Notes under the pieces: model-generated
Told to the model about the DNA's origin: nothing
What the model saw: the letters and a program-made list of their open reading frames with translations, nothing else
The model's database searches: none
Assembly: GCA_964036045.1 (NCBI GenBank)
Contig: OZ038378.1
Location: forward strand, 37,634,001-37,698,000
Reading direction: 5' to 3'
Origin: Eutreptiella sp. 'Long Island Sound 2002'
Taxonomy: Eukaryota > Protista > Euglenida
DNA length: 64,000 nucleotides
Made by a program: the position numbers and the translations under genes
In this document: piece by piece, positions 1 through 11,173 of the stretch
Position numbering within the stretch: position 1 is the stretch's first letter
Layout: the number at the start of each line of letters is the position of its first letter

Positions 1-3000
1 CGTCACATCAGTGTTGGCCTTCACCGTCGTGTCCGGCTGCATATTGAACATTAGCCCTTGCACACCAAAGACCGCCCCCTGCGTTTTTGTGCTGATAACT
101 GAGCCCGGGCGCGCACGGAACTCCGAGCACGAGCCCTCCAGGACCACGTGCAGGGCCCCGCCTGCTGGGGAGCTCACGCCGTGGCGCAGGATGGTGGCGC
201 CTGCGTCGTACTGCATGAACAGCATCCCCCTGATGAGCTGGTCCAGCAGGATTCGATCCAGGGACCTCGTTAGAAAGCACGACAGCAGCGCCTGCTTGAG
301 GACCCGCGTGTGCGCATTACTGGGGGCGAAGGTATTGGAGGACATGGCACGGGGCAGGATGGGGGATGAGCGGGGGGAGGTGGAGGAGCGGGGGGAGCGG
401 GCTTGCCCCCTGGAGGCAGCCTTCTCCTTCTTCTCCTTCTCTCTGCGGCTCAGCACTCCCTCCCGTTCACTGCTGAGGGCGAACCTGCGCCGCCCCGATG
501 GTTGTCCCAGAAAGGCAAGCAGCGTCGGGCTGAAGCTCTTCGCGTCTCCCGTGGCCCCACTCGACGTTGAGGAGTTTCCGGTGTCCACTGAGCTGCCCAG
601 GCTGCTGTTGCTGCTGAGGGAGTTGGAGCTGGGCGACTGGGTCCGCTTGAGGGTGCGAATGCGACGCACGGGCGACCCCGTGTCGTCCGGGTCCCCGAAC
701 CGGAAGCGATCCATGCAGGTGTTGGCGGGATCTGCGAGCCCCAGGAGGGAAGTGCTGAGGCTGCGCCGGATGTAATACTGGGCCGAAGGGCCCTCGGACG
801 GGACGCGCTCGGGCTCCAGCAGGGTCTCTACGAAGGGCCGCCAGTTCTCGTAGGACACTGCCAGCAGGCACGTGTCCTCCTTCCCCCGCACAGTGGCCAC
901 GGCCGGGCATCCAAAATGGTACTCCAACTCCCCAAGCAGCTCCCCCTCGCCGAACTCGGACCTCTCGCCTGGGCTCTCCCCCTCCACAACCACGGACCCG
1001 TTCCGGATGATGTACACGGCGTTCAGACCCGCCTGCCCCTTCGTCAGCAGCACCTCCCCCTCCAGGAGGGACGTGGCCTTCAAGCAGCGCCCCAGCGCGA
1101 TCACCTCCTTGCGCGACAGGTCCTGCAGCACCGGCACCTCGTCCCGCAGGAAATTCAAAAAGGTGTTGTCGCGGCGCCGGGAGATCGCCGTAAGGCGCTT
1201 GTACACACGGCGCTCCAGGCTATACGCCACGAGCCTCTCTGACGTCACTTGCACCGTGGACTGGAACGGGAGGTTGTTCATGATCTCAAACTCGCCGATT
1301 ACGGGGGTGGGCTCAGCGTCCTCCCCGGCCTCGAGCTCGGAGGTCTGCACCACCTGCTGCCCATCCAGCACAATGTACAGGCGGTCCGTGCCCTTGGGCG
1401 CGGCACCCTTGGCCTGCTGGACGATGACGTCGCCGTAATGGAACGTCTCCTTCCTCATCAGGTTGACATAGAAGCACATTTGCTTGTACTGGTTCATGCT
1501 CAGCCCGAACACGCACTCATCTTGGAAAACGTCAAGGAGCAGCCGGCGGTCCGTCTCCGGTTTGTCTATGATCTGCAGGTGCTGGGCCCACTGCCATTGA
1601 GCCCCGGCCACGGGTTTTCGCTGCCATGTTTGGGCTGCGGGGGCTCTCGAGGTGCCCGCAGATGCAGAGGCTTCGACAGCCATCAGGACTGCTGCGGGAG
1701 GCTCCTTAGGCGTGGAGACTTCTGCTGCTGCAAAGACTGCTGCGGGGGGGGATGTAGACATAGAGGGGGCTGCGAATGCAGGGATGGGGTGCGCAGTGTC
1801 AGGTGTAAAGGCAGCCTCATCTGCTAGGGCATTCTCAGAGGCTTCAGTGGCAGCATTCACTGCCTGGGAGTCAGCAGATGCAGCCCCACACTCAGGTGCG
1901 CGGTCAGTGTTCTTGGGCGTTCCAGCGTGGGCCTCACTGTCAAGGCTGGCAGAGGTTGCAGCACTTGAGAGGTTGTGCTCAGGCGCAGAAGCGACCGGGG
2001 TATTTCTTCGGCTTGAGCCCTTTGCTGACACTGCCGCCATCCTCCCGAGCCGCAGAGCACGTGCAGTCAGCCCTGGCAACGCGCCTCGAGACCCGGTGGC
2101 CAAGGCATGGGACACCTCATTTGCGAGCTCCTGCAATGCGCTTTGGATCTCGCAATCCGACACTCCGCTGGAGAATTCCAGAGCGCAGGACTCCTCAGAG
2201 GCCCAGCTCACATGTGTCAGTGTATCGTCGCATGGACTGGCCTTGGTCGAGTCGTCGGACAGGCGATTGGCTGGGGCTATAGAGCTCATGGAGCCATACT
2301 CCACCACGAGGGAATGGGGGACGGAGACAGACTCTGGGAAACCAGGGATTGGGGACGTGGGGGTTGTTGGGAGGGAGGTGGTGGTGGCGAAGAATGAAAC
2401 GGGGGTCACGGGCTCCGCTTGCAGTTCGAGAGCGGACGCCGCAAGGGCGGCGGTGGCCGCGGCGGCGACGGCCAACGAGGCTGGATGGCGGGCCGCGACT
2501 GAAAGCGGGGACTTGAGAGCAGCATCGTGCTTGGGGCCTCTGTGGCCCAACGAGCTGGCTTTCGGAGGAGGACCAACGTGGGCAGGCCCAACAGCGGCAA
2601 CAGCCAAATGTGAGTTGGAGTTAGAGAGGGTCAAGTCCACACAATCAAGATTCAGGTCCTCAAGCGCCCCGCCCCCACCCCAGGCCTGGGGCACCCTCGA
2701 CGGGAGCGTTTTGGGGGCCTCAGATACACCGAAGGGCACCAGTGCAGTGGCGCCTGCTGCCTTCACTTCCAGCATGCTGAGGCCCAGGTCGTCCAGCTCC
2801 AGCACCGGATTGCGGTTGGTCAATGCCGCGCTGGAAGCGACGTTGCTCAGTTGCTGGCTGGACGAGCTGTTCTCGCGCCAGCTGCTGCTGGAGCTCTGCT
2901 CGCTCTTGCTCGTGGTGGCGTCGCTCATGCCACTGGCGAGGCTTTCAAAGTTCTTGCTGGGGCTGCGTGCCAGTCGGCCGTACTTGTGGATCTGGGAGTT

Positions 3001-5202
3001 AAGGAGAGGCGATGTAGGGCTGCCCTCCTCCTGCACAATGGTAGGGTCCCGACTCGGTTCCCCTGACACACCACCCCCCAGTGTCTCAGTGTCCACCACG
3101 GACTCGGACCCAGGCTCACTGCAGTCCTCCCCCGAGCGCGTGCTGCTCGGGGATGACACGCCGTACTTGTGGGAGTTGGGCGGCCGCTGCTTGTCTGCAG
3201 CCGGCGACCCCAAAGGCCCCCCCAACGCATCCTTCAGGCTTTTGCTCAGCATGCCCGCAATGTTCCGTCTGGGCGTCTGCGGATCGCCTCGAGCAGACTT
3301 CAGAGCACGCGTGCGCTGGCCGTTGACGCGGGGCGAGGCCAGCCTGGGCGAGAGGCTCGCATCACTGATGTGGGGCGAGACCAGCCTCCTTGGCTGGGAC
3401 TTGGGATCGGGTTGGGAGCTCTCACTGCTCAATGAGTTGGCTCTCAGAGATGCCGCAGAATGGCCGGCTTCAGCAGCAGTTGCGGCCGCCGCAGGGACGG
3501 CTGCTTCTGCTGCAGCTGTGGCGGCAGATCGCGTTGCCGCTGCGGCAGGGGCGCCAGTTGCAGCCGGCGGTGCTGCAACAGGGCCAGCTTCCCCACAGAC
3601 GTGATGAGCAGAGGGTGCGTGGGCACTGCTGGGACCAGTGGGTGACGTTGTGACCCGGCTGTCACTGCCCCTGGCTTGGACGTGCCCTTTAATTTCACCT
3701 ATCTCCTTGCTGGCTGCTTCCTTGTCACCCCCGCTGGGCCCCGCTGATGACGGCTGGCTCCCGTAGGTGGCGGCGTCCTTCACAGCACCTCCCTGGCAGG
3801 CATCCACGTCTCCCTTTGAGACCTGGCCTGCGACCTTATCCGCTGCTTGCATGACCGCGTGCAGCGTGCTCCCCTGCGAAGGGTCCCGTGCAAGCTGTGC
3901 CCCAGCCAGAATGGAGACTCTTTTCTGGTCATGCCCCGGTTTGTGCTCTACCCCTGACTTGACTGACCCTTGACTTACTCTCCTCTCTGCAGATCCCCTC
4001 CGCCAGCCAACCTCTTCCAAAGACCTCTGCTTCCGGCCGTCTTTCGGCTTTGGCTTCTTCACGGCGCCCATGGGCACCATGGAGTCAGTCTCCAACATCC
4101 AAAGATCCAAATACGCGTGGTTCTCAGTCGGAATCCCAGGAGCTGCCGCCTGCGACGATGATGCCCCGGAGGCAGGATGCACCATTGACAGCCCCCCTTT
4201 CGAACTTGCATCATCGCTGAACTGTGGGGCCAGGGCTGCTGTCATGGGCTTCCAGGTGTCATTCAGAGTCAGTTGGCTGTGCGAAGTGAGACCATCAAGA
4301 AATGACGCCGGCTTGTTGGAGTCTCCACTGCATGCACCACTGAAGCTGGAGTGGCCACTGCGACTTGACAACTGCTGGGAGGGGCCATGGAAGCTCAGGT
4401 CTCCATGAGCACGTCCACATGTGGACAAATCAAACACCTGCTCAGTGGGTGAGCTCGCCCCTGTGGCTGAATCATAAGTGAACCATGAGAGCACCACTGT
4501 CTGCACATCTGTGCTTGCGACACATTCAGCCTGGCTGGTGGTCAGACCAAAGAAACTATCCTCCTCCAGACATTTACCTTCGGTGATATGGAAGGGGGCA
4601 AGGCCAAACTGCGACCTTTGCACCAGTCCGCAGGTCACAATGTATAGCTTTGGCACCAGATCCCCACAGCGGATGATGGTGTGGCCGGCACTGAAACGCT
4701 CGACACGCAGCCCCTCCTCCAAGATCAACAGTTGACTTTCTGTCAAATCCTGGAAGCAGGACAGCCGACGCAAAATCTCCACGTAGGACGTGTGCTTGCC
4801 ACTTCGTGCGTTCTTCTCGAGCTGTGTGCGAATGCAGTTGTTGATCAAGCGGTGGATGGATGTCCCCGTTAGAGTTAGCACACAAATGCTGCAGTTCTCC
4901 TTGACCAGCTCCAGCAAATCTTTGCCACCAGCCGTAGTGATGGGGTTGTTGCTGAGGTCCACATCCTCCACAGAGGGATGGATCTTTAAGCATTGCACAA
5001 GAGCTTGCACTCCTGCATTCTCAATATTGTTGTCACTCAGAATGAGCCTCTTTAGACGCTTCGACGCACTGATCAATGGCAATAGTGCTCTGACTCCTGC
5101 ACAGCCCATGATTGCCCTGTGCATGTCCATGACTTCCACCGCGTCATTCTCTACCTCATCGGATCCCGATGATCCTTGGCCCAGTGGTTCGCTGCTTTGC
5201 AT
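1..5202 (-). CDS. Large LRR plus four cyclic-nucleotide-binding-like (CNB) domain protein, PKA-regulatory-subunit-like; 3' end runs off the window
   Basis: ATG at 5202, with an in-frame TAG at 5221-5223 just upstream. No stop was found in the segments I checked, and all long plus-strand shadow ORFs share one frame, so it is one ORF of about 1734 codons. LRRs (LKRLILSDNNIENAGVQAL, VEDVDLSNNPITTAGG) at ~5130-4830. CNB domains at ~4790-4470, 1500-1200, 1170-830 and 300-1. A long low-complexity Ser/Ala/Pro linker lies between CNB1 and CNB2. Confidence 0.85.
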   Translation of the reverse strand, partial: MQSSEPLGQGSSGSDEVENDAVEVMDMHRAIMGCAGVRALLPLISASKRLKRLILSDNNIENAGVQALVQCLKIHPSVEDVDLSNNPITTAGGKDLLELVKENCSICVLTLTGTSIHRLINNCIRTQLEKNARSGKHTSYVEILRRLSCFQDLTESQLLILEEGLRVERFSAGHTIIRCGDLVPKLYIVTCGLVQRSQFGLAPFHITEGKCLEEDSFFGLTTSQAECVASTDVQTVVLSWFTYDSATGASSPTEQVFDLSTCGRAHGDLSFHGPSQQLSSRSGHSSFSGACSGDSNKPASFLDGLTSHSQLTLNDTWKPMTAALAPQFSDDASSKGGLSMVHPASGASSSQAAAPGIPTENHAYLDLWMLETDSMVPMGAVKKPKPKDGRKQRSLEEVGWRRGSAERRVSQGSVKSGVEHKPGHDQKRVSILAGAQLARDPSQGSTLHAVMQAADKVAGQVSKGDVDACQGGAVKDAATYGSQPSSAGPSGGDKEAASKEIGEIKGHVQARGSDSRVTTSPTGPSSAHAPSAHHVCGEAGPVAAPPAATGAPAAAATRSAATAAAEAAVPAAAATAAEAGHSAASLRANSLSSESSQPDPKSQPRRLVSPHISDASLSPRLASPRVNGQRTRALKSARGDPQTPRRNIAGMLSKSLKDALGGPLGSPAADKQRPPNSHKYGVSSPSSTRSGEDCSEPGSESVVDTETLGGGVSGEPSRDPTIVQEEGSPTSPLLNSQIHKYGRLARSPSKNFESLASGMSDATTSKSEQSSSSSWRENSSSSQQLSNVASSAALTNRNPVLELDDLGLSMLEVKAAGATALVPFGVSEAPKTLPSRVPQAWGGGGALEDLNLDCVDLTLSNSNSHLAVAAVGPAHVGPPPKASSLGHRGPKHDAALKSPLSVAARHPASLAVAAAATAALAASALELQAEPVTPVSFFATTTSLPTTPTSPIPGFPESVSVPHSLVVEYGSMSSIAPANRLSDDSTKASPCDDTLTHVSWASEESCALEFSSGVSDCEIQSALQELANEVSHALATGSRGALPGLTARALRLGRMAAVSAKGSSRRNTPVASAPEHNLSSAATSASLDSEAHAGTPKNTDRAPECGAASADSQAVNAATEASENALADEAAFTPDTAHPIPAFAAPSMSTSPPAAVFAAAEVSTPKEPPAAVLMAVEASASAGTSRAPAAQTWQRKPVAGAQWQWAQHLQIIDKPETDRRLLLDVFQDECVFGLSMNQYKQMCFYVNLMRKETFHYGDVIVQQAKGAAPKGTDRLYIVLDGQQVVQTSELEAGEDAEPTPVIGEFEIMNNLPFQSTVQVTSERLVAYSLERRVYKRLTAISRRRDNTFLNFLRDEVPVLQDLSRKEVIALGRCLKATSLLEGEVLLTKGQAGLNAVYIIRNGSVVVEGESPGERSEFGEGELLGELEYHFGCPAVATVRGKEDTCLLAVSYENWRPFVETLLEPERVPSEGPSAQYYIRRSLSTSLLGLADPANTCMDRFRFGDPDDTGSPVRRIRTLKRTQSPSSNSLSSNSSLGSSVDTGNSSTSSGATGDAKSFSPTLLAFLGQPSGRRRFALSSEREGVLSRREKEKKEKAASRGQARSPRSSTSPRSSPILPRAMSSNTFAPSNAHTRVLKQALLSCFLTRSLDRILLDQLIRGMLFMQYDAGATILRHGVSSPAGGALHVVLEGSCSEFRARPGSVISTKTQGAVFGVQGLMFNMQPDTTVKANTDVT

Positions 5203-6399
5203 GTGAGTTTGAACCACAGACTAGTGGCAAGCAGCTGGGTCTAGGCAACTATGAGGGAGTGCAGACAATAATACCCACGATGGGCATTAGAGACCTTGAC
5301 GAGCCACCTGCAAGCAAGTTTGTTGCCAATTGCTATTGTGAAGAGACATGTGACCATTCCTGGCACAAAAATAGAAATTTTTGAAGCACCATAGATCTAC
5401 CTCAACCCTTCAGTACCACCGAGCACTAATTTTTCCCTTGAGCACCACCATGATCGTGCACTAAACAACCCCAAATGTACCTAACATGCCGCGTCAATCT
5501 CTGTTCTGGAAAGCACTTCCAAGGTCTCACCAGCATATTTGTTGTGCAAGCCAAAATGTCCAAATGGATCTTTGCATGGGCAAATAGCCGCTCAAGGCGC
5601 CTTATTTATTCATGGGTTATGGTAGTTTTTGTCCAACAATGGGGGCGGGTCAGTTCACGGTCCGTCATGGTAGTGATCATTGACGGATGGCCAACTCTCA
5701 TGCTTGTGATTATATGAATGCACATGGTGCCTTTTCATTTGGACATTCCTATCTTTATTCATCATGCCAACAAAATGTAAGCCAGAACCACATGACGTTG
5801 TGCAATGTTTATGTGTTTCAGGAGTTGGGGAGGAAGGTTGAATGTTATAGTATGTGCACTTGTCCCTTAATAGAAATAAGTATGCTTCAAATCGCGGCAT
5901 ACGTAGAGCCAAATGTCCCTTGCCGTTGTCGACCTCCACTACTTTGCACTGTTGACAATTTCAATCCCAATAATAAGAATATGGGTGGCAGGTATGCTGT
6001 TCCGCTCCGTTCCGGGTGAAATCCGGGATCCTAACCCCCCAGCCCCCGCCCCACCCCACGTGGAATGGTGGACACTGGACAGTTTTGGGCCAAAATAACT
6101 CCCCCCAGCCCCACTGTTCCGGGAACTGGTCGCCAAGGACCCAAGTTGAGGGACATGTTCCCAGACTACAGACGGGGGGTCCAGCCTCCCCCCCCCCTTG
6201 CCCATAGATATGTCCAGCCAATTTTTGTTCCTTCATTGCCAATCAACCTGCCAGAAATGCTACAGAAATAAGACATACATGTGTACAACACAATGCAAAG
6301 CAACAAACAAACAAAGGCTCTACTGTGCCATGCACATAATCTGAAAATGAAGCAGTAGCAAACAAGTTCAATTTTTGCCTTGATTCTAGCATTACATGC

Positions 6400-7900
6400 A
6401 AATGGATCGTGTGGTGACAAGTGCCTGCCCACTACCCACCCAGGGACTGTCCGTGTCGGTACCACAGCTGTGCTTTGTAAAAGGGCAGGTCCAGCTGGAC
6501 GTTGTAGTCACATAGTTTCACCGTGCACCGCATCCACCACCATCGCCACGGGTACCCTTTGTACCCACAGCCTTGCACAAAGGTTACGCTCTCTCGTGAC
6601 TGCACTCGAGCACAACGTGATCAATTTCAGCACGAGGGTAGGAATAAGGGACTGCAGTACAACAGAGCACCCTGGGGACCAGCAATCAGGCCAAGTGGTC
6701 CACATAGGGCAGACCACAGGGCCATAGGTCAGCCAGAAGTGGTACTCCTTTGAGGACAAGACCCCCCATGGGTAGAAAGGCAAGCTTCACACCAAGTGAT
6801 GGCGGATCCGTCAGGTTCCCATTTCATGGGAATGCCGTAGACAGTTGAATGGAACAAGCAGAAAAAGGTGCGCAACGTGTACTCCTCTGCTGGGGGTATG
6901 TTCAATAGGGCGATGTAATTATTGTCCATGTACCATGTGAGTAACAGAGGGGTCAGTGCTCTCCGGGAACTGGACTGCAGTCTCCTGAACCATGCACTCC
7001 GTAGGACGAAAATAGAAAAAAATACTGAAGCAAAAACTTGCGCTGCGTACGCACAGAGTGATCCATGATTTTCCCCACCCGTCCCTCAGGGTGGGAATCC
7101 CAAAGGCTCATTGCAAAAACAGGTATGTGGACATTGTTAAGGCACAGAGTGAAGAGGAGTCGATCCTCAGGGCGGAGCCAGCCCTGCATACCTGCATACC
7201 GCGTGTTTCAAACAGATAGCGATCATGCACAACAAAAGCAACGTGGGGGAAAGTTAGCATGGGACTAGGCTTGATGTGCAAAGCAAGTAAATCCTTTGGC
7301 CACTTGGCAAACACAGGCTCCAGCAGCTTGAGTTTTTCAGGCAACTCAGCAAAACGGTGCTCAGTGGCCAGTGCCCAGATGCACATGAGCTGTGCACTTA
7401 AGAACCCGCCAATGGGCACACCTTTTTCTTGCTGCCTCATGACAATGCCCCACACCTGGAACCAGTTATTTTCATGGATATCCCAGTCAACAAAATCGGT
7501 GATCTCCTTGAGGGTGACTGTCCGAAACGAATTTTCAGAAGCCTTCCCTATCCGGTCTAGGGATTTCAGCCCCCCTTTGGCTACGCTGAAGTAAAACTGC
7601 CCCCCTTTGGCTACGCTGAAGTAAAACTGTCCACAAATGTGCCTAAATTTTTGAACCTCATCTGCCACGTACTTTACAGGCCAGAGGATTTTGGACATAT
7701 CAAGCTCCCAATATGTGTTATCAATATCCCTTTCCCACAGGCCCACACTGACAGGATTGCGGCGCTTGATGTGTGCGTGTGCATCCCTAACTCCCAGCAT
7801 ACTCGCTGTGCCCCATGCTAGCTGGACAGGATTCCACTACCTCCAAACTCTCCATTGTGACATCAGCCATAAACAATGGGACTGCATCAAGGAAAACAAG
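6400..7900 (-). mobile_element. Decayed Penelope-like retroelement (RT remnant)
   Basis: LWERDIDNTYWEL (motif A-like), NNWFQVWGIVMRQQEKGVPIGGFLSAQL (motif B'), TWYMDNNYIAL (motif C, 6915-6938). Frameshifted; boundaries approximate. Confidence 0.7.
7570..7629. repeat. Exact 30 bp tandem duplication inside the PLE RT
   Basis: cccccctttggctacgctgaagtaaaactg x2, giving in-frame QFYFSVAKGG-QFYFSVAKGG. Confidence 0.95.
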
Positions 7901-8119
7901 TAGTGTAGACCCAACAAAATTGGTCATGGAGTGTATCATTCCGTGTAAAATAGCTGAAATTCACCTCTTTCAACGGCTATTGGTATAGTCTAGCAGAAAA
8001 TTCCGCTAGACCGCTACCAGGCACATATTCATTACGAAAAACTGATTGGTCGAAGAGCTAGCCTCAATTCGCCCACAAAAGGCTATACATTGTAAACAGG
8101 CTTCTTTATAATCAAAAAT

Positions 8120-8590
8120 CAATGTTTTGGGCGAAATTTCAGCCAACCTAAGGACTAAAGGTTGTGTAAGCACACCAAGTCACAGTAGCAATATGCAGCA
8201 GACCCCATACCACACATACAATAGTTACTTCAAGACACACATCAATTCCAGTCCTATGTATCAACACCAATGTGCTCAGCCTCATCCAACGGCTATGAGG
8301 ATGCAACACTCTCGGCATCACAATCAATGTCTGGGTCACTATCACAAGAGTCAACATCGATGGGGGCACTGTCAGAAGGGGGGTGCAGCACGGGCAGGGC
8401 GGTTGGCAGCACGAATGGAAGCATGTGCATACTGCAACTCGCCGTTGGACTGCTGTGCGAGCTAGGACATTGGCCCCTAGAAAATCCTCAACACCCTCTG
8501 GCACCCTGGTAGAGGAGATAAGGTTTTTCATCGAGTTCAACAAAACCACTTTCACGCGGTCACTGGTGACTTTTATGTTGGACATAGTAC
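8120..8590 (-). mobile_element. Fragment of the Academ-like element (transposase C-terminus plus one palindrome variant)
   Basis: TMSNIKVTSDRVKVVLLNSMKNLISSTRVPEGVEDFL matches 20957-21430. DNA 8190-8380 aligns with 20770-20940. GGGCGAAATTTCAGCC at 8129-8144. Confidence 0.8.
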
Positions 8591-8591
8591 T

Positions 8592-11090
8592 GAGGAGGAG
8601 GAGGAGGAGATGCAGTCCCCCGGTAGGGTGCACCCGCGGCACATCCCCATGGTGCCCGCCGGCCCTCACCGGTCTGGTCGCGACCGAGAGGGGGGTTACG
8701 TCCCAACCTGTCCGGCTAAGCATCATGGCGGCGGCTCTCCTCTTCGTCTCCTTCCCTTGTCCCCTGGCCCTCACAACGCGCACGCGCCACCGCCTTACAC
8801 GCTGCTGGATCCCCCCAGGGGCACGGATTAGGGGGCGAGGCAGAGCGCCAGCTCCACTTCCGGCACGGTCCGCCACCCCCCCACGGGAAAGGGGACGCAG
8901 TCTCACGGGTGTGGGCCCTTAGCCCGCCAGGTACTACCGACTGGGCGGCGTTTGGCCGGCAGGTCTCGGGGGCTTGGTCCGTAGCCCGATCCCCCCCCCC
9001 TTACCGCACAGCACTCCTGCCGGAGACGTCCGCGCGTGGACCTGGACCCTTGAACCCCCCTTGGCCTCACCCTGGGAGCGCACTTGGGGAGTGGCGTGGC
9101 GTGGGGCTCGGCGTGAGGGCCGTAGGGCTAGTCCCAGTAGTTGGTATGAAACCCGCGGCTGGTAACCGGCCATGCGTAGGGTGGCCAGCAGCATATCACG
9201 CAGCCGGCGCACCTAACGGCGGTCATGGGCCCCTCTCGTTTCGTACAATCCCATGTAGCGGGATGGCGGCCCGTAGGTGATGAGCCAGACCAACCGCGGC
9301 GGAAGGCCACCCGGCCCGTCGATGATGACCACCTCAGCCCCGCGGACCTCTTGGGGCCAACGCCCCACGGCCCTGGGCAACGGTCGGTCCGAGTACCAAA
9401 AGACCCGTTGGGGCCCGCCCCAGTCCGGGGGCCTCTGCTGTCCCGGAGGCAAGACGGCGGATAGCCGCCCGCGCTCGCACACGGGCCACAGTAGGCTCGC
9501 CCCTGGCCAGGATCCGGCCATCGCCGGGCGACTCCCCCACTCATAGGAGGTCGGGTCAAATCCTCAGGGACCCGGACCGCCAGGTTTGATGTGTGCCCGT
9601 CGCCGTCACGATAGTAGACCTCACGGGCCGCCGGGATGATGGGCATCTCCCGCTTACGGTCCAAAGCGTCCCAAACGTTTATGATGGTGGCCAGCAACCG
9701 CTGTGCTGCACCCACCACCAGCCCCCGGTCGTACAGGCACTGCAGATCCTCGGGTTCACAATCCCCGGAAGGATCCAGGTACAAAGTGCGGACCCCCGGC
9801 CCTGGGTGGGGGTCGTCGTCGTCCGGCGAGCCCACACTGAGGGCAAAGGCATCCGGGCCATACAGAACTATGACCCCCCAAGGGGATACCGTGCGCCGCT
9901 TCCAACGTGCACACAACGTGTCCAAGCGCATGTGCAGTTGGGTATGAACGGCCAACCGAAATAAGTGCCACCATGGGCAGGTAGAGACCCAATGGCGTGT
10001 CCCCACCCCCTGGAGGCAAGCGGGGCAGGGGCGGTCGTCCCTGGCATGCCCCAATGCCTCACGGCGTGCCATCGTGCGGAGGTGGGCCCCCCACCGGACC
10101 AAGCCGCGCTCCGTGATGGCGTGATAAACCGCCAGGGACTTGCACACCACGTGTTCCGGGGCCTCCATATGGAGACCCCAAAGGCGGCGCGCCCCGGTCT
10201 CGACTAGGCGGTCCACGTTATGCACCCGGGCGTCGCTGTGGGTGAAACAGACCCGGGGCGTCTGGAGCCCCCGGATCCAGCCCACCTCGGGTCGGGCCCT
10301 AGCGGCCTGCTTCTTTGCTTCCCTGTCGGCTGGAATCCAGAAAGGTGCCGACGCGGTGGGAGTACAGGTGCTGGGGGGCACAAAACCCCTCGGCCAGAAG
10401 CCCCCGGCAAGCCCGTGACAGGTCGTCCGAGAGCGGAGAGGACCCCGGGTTCCGAGACTGGACGGCGTCGATGTACCCCTTGCTATCATGGAAGGACCAC
10501 TGCGGGCCCCGGGTGCCCCAAACCACGCACTGGGCCCCGCGTGCCCGCAGCACCTCCCAGGCCACGTAGAGCTCCGCCTAGTAGGATCCATCCACGTGGA
10601 CCGGGGTGGGCACCCGGTACGTCTAGTGCCACCCGGTCACTGGATCCGCCACCACCAGACCGCCACCGGCTGTGTGGTTGGGGTACCAAGAGGCGTCCTG
10701 CACGAAGACCGCCTCAACCGGTATGTCCTGCAGGGTGATGCCTCAAGGTGCACCTCCCGGGCCCACCGCACGTGTCGGGGCCACGGGGGGAGAGATTCCG
10801 GCCCGCGAAAGCGCGATGGCCACCCCGCTTTGCGGGTGCTGGACCAGTCTCTGTAGCCGGCCGCCAGGGCCACGTGGGCATCACCCGCCTCGCTGGCGGT
10901 GCTCGCCGCACCCAGGGGGTGCTTGCATGGTCACCTCCACGGAGTGGCTCTCCGGGACAGCCCAAACCCGGATTTCCATGAGCCCGTGCGCATTTCATAA
11001 AATCCCAAGACACCCCAAGACAGCCCTTGTCTGCATAACAACCCCCTTGTCTTGGTTCAGCTGTCTTACGACACCCCCCCTGCTCTGACC
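8592..11090 (-). mobile_element. 5'-truncated non-LTR retrotransposon remnant (RNase H plus CCHC knuckle, (TCC)n-like 3' tail)
   Basis: RNase H motifs VFVQDASW, AELYVAWEVL and HDSKGYIDAV across frameshifts (~10730-10450). CPACLQGVGTRHWVSTCP at ~9975-10028. (GGA)n run at 8592-8608 at the junction with the Academ-like fragment. Confidence 0.7.
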
Positions 11091-11173
11091 CCTGTCGCAA
11101 CCCACTATCCTACGATAGCCCCCTATCTCGGCACCTGTCCCACAAAGCAGCATGTTGCATTTCGTTTGTCTCC

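Noticed and set aside
1652-3604. 650 aa plus-strand ORF (also 11-775, 872-1438, 4070-4408, 4790-5206)
   Set aside because: All share one frame and are antisense shadows of the minus-strand LRR-CNB gene; they contain no domain motifs.
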